From Armatimonadota bacterium (lineage in GTDB: Bacteria; Armatimonadota; UBA5829; DSUL01), in assembly GCA_039811685.1 (NCBI GenBank), contig JBDHZC010000008.1:32001-96000 (forward strand): a stretch of DNA of 64,000 nucleotides, given 5' to 3'. Of this stretch, positions 57,438-64,000 are shown one piece after another. The translations under genes were made by a program, and so were the position numbers. A model generated the notes under the pieces. It was not told where the DNA came from and made no database searches. It saw only the letters and a program-made list of their open reading frames with translations. Position 1 is the stretch's first letter, and every line of letters begins with the position of its first letter.

Positions 57438-57453
57438 GGTGAATCGATACACC
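57438..57453. promoter_or_regulatory. LacI-family-like operator candidate upstream of the DUF1559 prepilin operon
   Basis: GGTGAATCGATACACC, a 16-bp palindrome with one mismatched pair and central CG, just after TAAAAT (57426-57431). Confidence 0.5.
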
Positions 57454-57492
57454 TGAGACGATAACTGCCCGAAGTGGCTATTTGCGCCTCAC

Positions 57493-58338
57493 ATGCTGGA
57501 GATGACAGAGATGTTTCTCAAACGTCAGAGTAAGACACGCAAGTCCCTCGGCAACACGGCTGAAAAACGGCACGGCGCGCCCGGATTCACACTGATTGAG
57601 TTGCTCGTGGTGATCGCGATCATTGCCGTGCTTGCGGCCATTCTGTTCCCTGTTTTCACGATGGCGAGGGAGAAGGCACGGGCGACTCAGTGCCTCAGTA
57701 ACCTCTCACAGCTGTCCCGCGCTATGATTCAATTCGCCAACGATAACAAAGGGATGCTTCCCGACGCTTCCATAAAAAACAACCCGGCGCCTTACTCCGA
57801 CTGGTGTGGAAGCAAGCTGGTGGGCGGCGCAGCCGAGGACGCCCCGCGCCTGGAGCTTGGACAAATCTGGCCTTATGTGAAGGCGAAGGGCGTGTACGTC
57901 TGTCCGACTGATAAGAACCGGACGCCCGCGCGTCCGTCAAACGCTTCGAGATGGCGCAACTATCCACTCAGTTATTCGATGAATACAGCTCTTGACGCCC
58001 AGGGCTGGGCCGATGCTGGAGCGGACTATCCCAGGTATTACAGCAAGATGGACTCTATCGCTAATGACCCTTCAAAAGTTCTGCTTCTGATACATGAGAG
58101 CAAAGACAGTGGTGCGGACGAGTACGGCATGATCTCGGGAATAAACGACGGAGAGTTCAACTGGGCGAGCACAGATCACCCAGCGAAGGTGCACTATGAC
58201 GGCACGCAGGTGGCTTATCTGGATGGACATGCAGCGTATGTCAAAAGGTCTGTTGCCTATGAGCGTATGAAGGCGGGCGAGTGGCACCCGGGACACACAC
58301 CCGGAATGCGTTACACCGGTCCGCGGAGTGGCGGTTAG
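57493..58338 (+). CDS. DUF1559-type prepilin with H-X9-DG motif
   Basis: [61 protein letters not shown]. Confidence 0.92.
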   Translation: MLEMTEMFLKRQSKTRKSLGNTAEKRHGAPGFTLIELLVVIAIIAVLAAILFPVFTMAREKARATQCLSNLSQLSRAMIQFANDNKGMLPDASIKNNPAPYSDWCGSKLVGGAAEDAPRLELGQIWPYVKAKGVYVCPTDKNRTPARPSNASRWRNYPLSYSMNTALDAQGWADAGADYPRYYSKMDSIANDPSKVLLLIHESKDSGADEYGMISGINDGEFNWASTDHPAKVHYDGTQVAYLDGHAAYVKRSVAYERMKAGEWHPGHTPGMRYTGPRSGG

Positions 58339-61300
58339 TGACCACCGGGACGCTTCAAGCGCTGAGACAATCGCGATTAAGTCGCCGGGCAGGAGTGGTA
58401 CGAGCGTTTGCCAGTGTCTGCATTGTCAGTCTCATAGCTCTCGCGGGATGGAGTCCGGGAGCGAACGCTGGAGAGGTGGACAAGTTTTGTAGTTGTCCCA
58501 CTGCGCGGACCCCACCGGTTGTTGACGGTTCGATTGACGAAAGCGAATGGGCTTTGTCACCGTGGCAGAGTGGCTTCGCAATTCCCAACAGCCGCAACCT
58601 TGCGCCGGCCCAGACGAAATTTCGCGTAGCTCGAAGTGCGAACGATCTGTACATCGCAATCGAAGCGAAAGAGCCAGAAATGGACAGGGTCAAAGCGAAA
58701 GAGACGCAGCGGGACACAGAGGTGGCGCTGGATGACTGCGTTGAAGTCGGCATTGATCCTCCCCACGACCACCTCACACACTACCATTTCATCGTCAACC
58801 CCCGTGGAGCTTTGCTGGATTTTCGCAATGGCTTTTACTCTGCGTGGGACGCAAACGTCCGGGTTGGAGTGAAGCGGTTGAAAGATCGCTGGACTGTAGA
58901 GATGGCAATCCGTCTGGTTGATCTGGCTCAGCGAAAGCCAAAGTCCGCAGACGTATGGGGATTCAATGTTTACCGTGAACGCCAGGCAAGCGGCTCGACA
59001 GAGCTTAGCAACTGGGCGGAATCAACAGGGATATTTACGGTTTCGCGGCAGATGGGGCATCTGGTGTTTGGGTTTGGCGGATTCTCTTTCGCAAAGGCAC
59101 ATCAGAAGTTTCTGAAGACGCTGACGCCCGAATTAGCGCGTAGCCCAAACGGCTTCGAAGGTCGCCCCTGGACATTTCTGGACAACGAACTCTCTGAAGA
59201 CCATGACCTCGCCTCGAGTCTCAAGTCAACCGGACCACATGTCAGGCCCTCGGCAGCAGTAAGGGCTCTTGTCTTCATTGGCGCCCGCGGGGAAGGACGC
59301 AATCTGAATCCGGGAACCGCTGTACGCGATGCGGTGGAACTTGTGAAACGCTACGGCTTCGACGCTACTGCAGTCTTTGTGAACTCCAGGGGTCTGGTCG
59401 GCGAAGCGCTGGGTGAGCGGCGGCTGCGATACCTGCTGAAAGACTCTTACAACGCCTTCGTTTTTGGCCACTGCAGCCCGGCCGATCTTCCGAAGCCTTA
59501 TCAGGAAGAGATTGAGAGACGCCTGAATGCTGGGGCGGGTGTCGTTTGCGTATCGGATGACAGTACCCCCTCCTGGTTTGACGGAAGGCGCACGTTTGAG
59601 CCTGGCGACTTTTCTTCCACCCTTCCTGTTCCAGAGCTGTCTGCCTTTCAGGCCATAAAGCCGACGTCTGATGAATCCAGCAGAGACTACGAGCCAATCC
59701 AGTCCTTCAGCTGCGGGCACGGTCGCGCTGTGTCCATACGATATCCGGGCGTAAACGGACTGACGCCAGAAATGCCCGCGACACGTGAGAACGTGCTGGA
59801 GTACGGCTACTGGATAGATATTGTGGGGCAGGCCGTCCAGTGGGCGTCACGCTCTGAGCCAGCAGGCAGAGTTCAAGTGCCTTCGATGACTGTGGGACGC
59901 AGCCAGTTACCCCAAGCCGTGCCTTTGGAAATCAGGCCGCTACCAGATCAGCAGCACAAGCCGGCCGTGTTGTTGCGAGATATGGAGAATACAACAGAGC
60001 TGGCCGTAAATACGACACCGGAAGGCATTTATGAAGCCGAACTGCCAGAGCTGCCTGCAGGACGCTACTGGCTGGAGGTTTACTCCGCTGGCACTGACGG
60101 TCAACAGCAGCCCGTCTCGGCGCTTGGTAGGCTTCAGGTAGTTCAGACAACGTCTCAAATGCGCATCAGCATTGACAGGGCGCTGTTCAAAGAAGATGAG
60201 AACGTCACCGGATCTATTCATTCCGGACAGGGGACTGCTGTACGGATAACACTGGAGAACTTTGATGGAGACTGGTTGGCCTCGAAAACACTGCCGCGCT
60301 CCACAACGGAGACACGTTTCTCAATTCCGCTGACTGGCAGAGTAACTGCGAATATGACTCTCAGAGTTGAGTCACTCTCTCAGGATAAGGTACTCGAAAC
60401 TCAGAGCATTGGCGTGAAAGCGCAGCGCAAACGGACGGATGACTTTCACGGCGTTATGTGGGACCAGCCGGATGGGCCGATGGGTCTATTGGCATTTAGA
60501 AACTTGCGGGAAAAGGCCGGATTTGACGTCGTTCTGGACGGAGCCATTGGCGAGGCGGCTCTTGGCGCTGACTACATGGGCCTGCCCTACACCACGCGCA
60601 TTACTAACACGCGAAAACCCGATGGTGTGATGACCTGGGGCTGCTGGAACGACCCGGCTGCCGTACGCAGGCGTATCGACACCGTTATTGACAAACAGAA
60701 AATCAACGCAGCAAACGGCGTCTGGTGCTACTCCCTGGGAGACGAAAACGATACGATGGGGTGCTGTTTGCATCCTGACTGTCTCGCGGCTTACAGGCGA
60801 TATTTGCAGCAGCAGTACGGATCTATATCTGCTCTGAACGAATCGTGGGGCGAGCGCTACCAAAGCTTCGAAGATGTCCAGCTTCTGCGTGGGGACGATG
60901 TTTTCAAGGACGGGCAGGCTTTTCAGACTGGAAAGTATCCGAGATGGCTGGACAGGCAGAAGTTTGCGCGGCTCAACTACGCCCGGCTGTGCAAGCGCTA
61001 CGCAGAGGCTTACGACGAGATAGATCCGGGCGCCATTACAGGCTTTGAGGGAACAGGCAGATTCGGCGAAGACCCGGACGCTCTGCTCGGCTCTGTTGGG
61101 ATGTGGACGACGTACAACAACATCTTCGACGATATTCTGCGCACACTTATCCCGCCAGAGTTTATTCACAGTATCTGGGTGGGATATCAGAAGGATGCAG
61201 ATTCTCTGCTGGCGGCAAGCTGGCGCGCGCTGGCGCTTGGGGCTGACAGCTACTGGTGGTGGCGGTGGGATGGCATCGGATTCTACCGAGGCTTTGCCCG

Positions 61301-62486
61301 GCCGACATTGGACCTTTGGCCGGCAACCCAGGCTGTGGCGGATGACTTCGAGGTGGTGCGAAACGGCCTCGGCAAGCTGTTGACGCAGGCCGCGCCCGTT
61401 GACGACGGCGTAGCGATTCTCTATTCGGTGGAAGGCGTACTCAGTGACGAAATTCCCTCCGAGCACATTTTCGGGAAAGCAGAGTATGCCCATGCAGCTT
61501 TTATCCATATGCTCAAAGACAGCGGAGTCGGCTACCGTTATGTGACACCCGAGCGGATAAGAGCAGGCGGTCTCAGAGGGACAAAGCTTCTCATTCTTCC
61601 TCACGCTTTCGCTGTGGATACCACCACGGCCGCGATGATTCAGGATTTTGCCAGAAGCGGCGGAACAATTGTTGCCGATCAGCGCCCCGGGGTTTACGAC
61701 GGACATCTGAAGGCTGTTCGCGGAGGAATGCTGCAAGCCTTGTTTGGCTCCCCGGAGACGTGGCACAAGGGCGTCAGAGTAGACACGCTATACGGAAAAG
61801 GCCACGGCGTCCTCTTGAACAGAAGTGTTATCCCCTACGAAACCAACAGGAGTCAGCTCGAGGCCCGTAAGTTGCGAAGTATCCTTGCAGACATCTGTCG
61901 CGGAGCCGGAGTAGACCCTTTTGTGGACGCTGTGGACCCCAAGGGCGCCAGCCCCCTTATGACAGAGTTGACTTCTCTGCGACTTGAGCGTGGCGGGCAG
62001 CTTTTGTGTGTGCGGCGCGACAGCATCGGGTGGGAGTTCACCGGACCAGGCCCTCTACCGGAACCCTATGACTACCCAGTGCGAATCACCCTCAAAGAGC
62101 CGCGCTACGTCTATGATCTGAGAAGTGGACGCAGTCTGGGTTTGACACGCAGCTTTCGCTGCGATCTGCGGGGAGGGCGCGCCAACTTTTACGGCGTGTT
62201 CGAAACGCCTGTCCTCGTGGCAAGCGCATCCGCCCGGAAAGTGTCCTCTGACGGCGCCGACCAGGTTGATGCTCAAGCCATGTTGAATGGGTCTGATACG
62301 GCCTTGCAGTTCAGCTTGTTGAGTCCCAGCGGCGAGGAGTTGCCATGGTCGAAAAAGGTGGTCACATCATCCGGGAACAAGGCACAGGCTCGTTGGATGC
62401 TGCCTCTTAACAGACTCCAGCCGGCAAGAGTGAAGGTGAAGGAATTGTTTACAGGAAAAGCCGCCGTAGCAGACATTATTCAATGA
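58338..62486 (+). CDS. Large secreted CBM9-like plus GH42-like (beta-galactosidase-type) protein with trimerisation domain
   Basis: PPVVDGSIDESEW..DCVEV..WGFNVYR; SLGDE, YGSISALNESWG, GFEG; VAILYS..LLILP..GGTIVAD. Confidence 0.78.
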   Translation: MTTGTLQALRQSRLSRRAGVVRAFASVCIVSLIALAGWSPGANAGEVDKFCSCPTARTPPVVDGSIDESEWALSPWQSGFAIPNSRNLAPAQTKFRVARSANDLYIAIEAKEPEMDRVKAKETQRDTEVALDDCVEVGIDPPHDHLTHYHFIVNPRGALLDFRNGFYSAWDANVRVGVKRLKDRWTVEMAIRLVDLAQRKPKSADVWGFNVYRERQASGSTELSNWAESTGIFTVSRQMGHLVFGFGGFSFAKAHQKFLKTLTPELARSPNGFEGRPWTFLDNELSEDHDLASSLKSTGPHVRPSAAVRALVFIGARGEGRNLNPGTAVRDAVELVKRYGFDATAVFVNSRGLVGEALGERRLRYLLKDSYNAFVFGHCSPADLPKPYQEEIERRLNAGAGVVCVSDDSTPSWFDGRRTFEPGDFSSTLPVPELSAFQAIKPTSDESSRDYEPIQSFSCGHGRAVSIRYPGVNGLTPEMPATRENVLEYGYWIDIVGQAVQWASRSEPAGRVQVPSMTVGRSQLPQAVPLEIRPLPDQQHKPAVLLRDMENTTELAVNTTPEGIYEAELPELPAGRYWLEVYSAGTDGQQQPVSALGRLQVVQTTSQMRISIDRALFKEDENVTGSIHSGQGTAVRITLENFDGDWLASKTLPRSTTETRFSIPLTGRVTANMTLRVESLSQDKVLETQSIGVKAQRKRTDDFHGVMWDQPDGPMGLLAFRNLREKAGFDVVLDGAIGEAALGADYMGLPYTTRITNTRKPDGVMTWGCWNDPAAVRRRIDTVIDKQKINAANGVWCYSLGDENDTMGCCLHPDCLAAYRRYLQQQYGSISALNESWGERYQSFEDVQLLRGDDVFKDGQAFQTGKYPRWLDRQKFARLNYARLCKRYAEAYDEIDPGAITGFEGTGRFGEDPDALLGSVGMWTTYNNIFDDILRTLIPPEFIHSIWVGYQKDADSLLAASWRALALGADSYWWWRWDGIGFYRGFARPTLDLWPATQAVADDFEVVRNGLGKLLTQAAPVDDGVAILYSVEGVLSDEIPSEHIFGKAEYAHAAFIHMLKDSGVGYRYVTPERIRAGGLRGTKLLILPHAFAVDTTTAAMIQDFARSGGTIVADQRPGVYDGHLKAVRGGMLQALFGSPETWHKGVRVDTLYGKGHGVLLNRSVIPYETNRSQLEARKLRSILADICRGAGVDPFVDAVDPKGASPLMTELTSLRLERGGQLLCVRRDSIGWEFTGPGPLPEPYDYPVRITLKEPRYVYDLRSGRSLGLTRSFRCDLRGGRANFYGVFETPVLVASASARKVSSDGADQVDAQAMLNGSDTALQFSLLSPSGEELPWSKKVVTSSGNKAQARWMLPLNRLQPARVKVKELFTGKAAVADIIQ

Positions 62487-63445
62487 ATAATCTGGATAGC
62501 GAAGTTCAAGTTTTTGACAGAAAATTGCGCGATATTCTGGCTCTGCAGAAGTTCGATGGTGAACTGGAAGTTGAAGTCAAGAGCCAGGAGTCTGACGGCG
62601 CTATCTCGCGAAAGTTGATTTGTATCAGAGTGGGTGAGGCGGAGTGGATGGGCGCTTACCTGCTGGAGCCGGATGTGGGCAAGCCCGTGAAACGGCCGGG
62701 AATTCTTGCGATTCATCAGCACGGAGGAGATTTCTCTCTCGGCAAGTCCGAGCCGGCCGGCCTTTCCGCGAACAGAGCATTTCACTACGGACTCGATCTC
62801 GCCAAGCGGGGTTTCGTTGTGCTGTGCCCGGATTTGCTCGCCTTCGAAGATCGGCAACCTCCAGAATGGAAACGCCGCGAAGGCTCAGCGCCGGATGGAT
62901 TCTGGTATGAGCGCTTCGAGGCGCTGCGGCTTCTGTTGAATGGCTCGTCACTTCAGGCAAAATACCTGGCGGATCTGGCGCGCGCTTTGGACTTTCTATG
63001 CTCTGTGGCAAATGTTGATGAAGGGCGAATCGGCGCGATAGGTCACAGCCTTGGAGGGCAGGAGGCTCTGTGGCTGACGTGGTTTGACTCCCGCATAAGC
63101 GCTTGCGTTTCGTCGTGCGGATTCGCGCTGATCCGTGCGATTGTGCGCGACCAGATCAACCACAATATGGCGCTCTACGTTCCGGGCTTGCTGCAGATCG
63201 GTGACGTGGACTTGCTGGCATGTGCGATTGCGCCGCGCGCCCTGTTTTTCTCTGCTGGAGACGCCGACTCCATTTTCCCTGTTGACTCAGTGCGGGCGAT
63301 TGCTGAACGGTTGCGCGAAAGATATGCGCATCAGGGAGCACTGGAGAGAGTCGAGTACGCAGAGTTCGTGGGCGGTCACGGCTTTCCAGATGACATCAAG
63401 GAGCGAGCTTACGACTTTCTGCAACGGAACTTGAGTCGAGAATGA
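62483..63445 (+). CDS. Alpha/beta hydrolase, dienelactone hydrolase/esterase-like
   Basis: AIHQHGG, GHSLGG nucleophile elbow, IAPRAL, GGHGF. Confidence 0.88.
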   Translation: MNNLDSEVQVFDRKLRDILALQKFDGELEVEVKSQESDGAISRKLICIRVGEAEWMGAYLLEPDVGKPVKRPGILAIHQHGGDFSLGKSEPAGLSANRAFHYGLDLAKRGFVVLCPDLLAFEDRQPPEWKRREGSAPDGFWYERFEALRLLLNGSSLQAKYLADLARALDFLCSVANVDEGRIGAIGHSLGGQEALWLTWFDSRISACVSSCGFALIRAIVRDQINHNMALYVPGLLQIGDVDLLACAIAPRALFFSAGDADSIFPVDSVRAIAERLRERYAHQGALERVEYAEFVGGHGFPDDIKERAYDFLQRNLSRE

Positions 63446-63497
63446 GCATCTTTAGAGATGAGTGCGGGAGAACACATAACGAAAGAAAGCGCCAGCG

Positions 63498-64000
63498 GTG
63501 AAACAGTGGATAGATGAGCACACAGGGCGCAAAATCCGGCAGCTTACGGACTCACCCGGAGGTGTGTCGCTCGATTACTTCCGCCTGCCGCGCTATCTAC
63601 CGAATGGCCTGGTCATGGCCAGTGGATCAGACGACCCTGGCGATCTGTGGTTGCTGGATGCCGGGTCAGGCGATTGCCAGCGCAGACGGTTGCCTATCAA
63701 GCGGCGACTCAAACTCAGGGAGCGGGATGGCAAGCTCTGGTATGTGGGAACGGCAGGTCGAGACGTCTGGGAGGTCACATTGCCAGAAGGCGTCCCGCAC
63801 CGTGTGACGGAAGTGCCGGCAGAAATCACAGGTCACATTGTGGATATCACCTGTGATGGTGAATCGCTGATTATCGACCTCACTGAAGAGCTTGGTACTG
63901 CTCGCACTGTACCGCTTACCAAAGACGCAGGCGCGTTCTGGCGCTATATTGACCGTCCGCGCAAAGGTTATCTCTGGAGCTACGACGTAGCAAACGGCAC
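63498..64000 (+). CDS. Oligogalacturonate lyase-like (TolB-type beta-propeller) protein, partial
   Basis: Not in the ORF track; translated by hand from GTG 63498, open to the window end: VKQWIDEHTGRKIRQLTDSPGGVSLDYF... resembles the DxxTGxxxxxLT..YF start of Ogl-like proteins. Confidence 0.6.
   Translation, partial: MKQWIDEHTGRKIRQLTDSPGGVSLDYFRLPRYLPNGLVMASGSDDPGDLWLLDAGSGDCQRRRLPIKRRLKLRERDGKLWYVGTAGRDVWEVTLPEGVPHRVTEVPAEITGHIVDITCDGESLIIDLTEELGTARTVPLTKDAGAFWRYIDRPRKGYLWSYDVANG

Noticed and set aside
60486..61766. 426-aa minus-strand ORF (and similar shadows at 5812-6765, 33496-34491, 38877-39794)
   Set aside because: Fully antisense to well-supported genes in high-GC DNA.
63514..63856. 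Short track ORFs at the right edge
   Set aside because: A different frame from GTG 63498 stays open to the window end and gives a more protein-like sequence.
1..64000. tRNA/rRNA, IS elements, integrases, prophage or defence genes
   Set aside because: No recognisable motifs, terminal repeats or cloverleaf structures found by eye.

Overview
A gene-dense, roughly 60% GC bacterial chromosomal segment. It is most likely from Armatimonadota; this is inferred from Firmicutes-like efp-accBC-nusB-folD synteny together with a secretin, a PEP-CTERM protein and a DUF1559/H-X9-DG prepilin. 1-12 kb: a pilus/T2SS-like operon (DUF5658-pilM-N-O-P-like-secretin-pilB-pilC, a GspG-like pilin and three minor pilins), followed by a partial membrane sensor gene. 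12-21.5 kb: sugar kinase, GH38 and the housekeeping operon. 22-27 kb: a giant, apparently circularly permuted SpoIVB/S55 protease fused to a beta-propeller, plus TPR and Rrf2 genes. 27-64 kb: mostly carbohydrate catabolism, including several uncharacterised glycoside hydrolases, Gfo/Idh/MocA oxidoreductases, a DHDPS-like/epimerase pair, a uxuB-like/HAD/LarA cluster divergent from gnd-rpiB, and an operon led by a DUF1559 prepilin. The same stretch holds an ABC+DUF1854 pair, a repeat-variable beta-helix surface protein, a frameshifted PEP-CTERM gene and a Kef antiporter with an extra RCK module. I saw no rRNA, tRNA, CRISPR array, integrase, transposase or reverse transcriptase. All family calls come from motif recognition by eye, not database searches.
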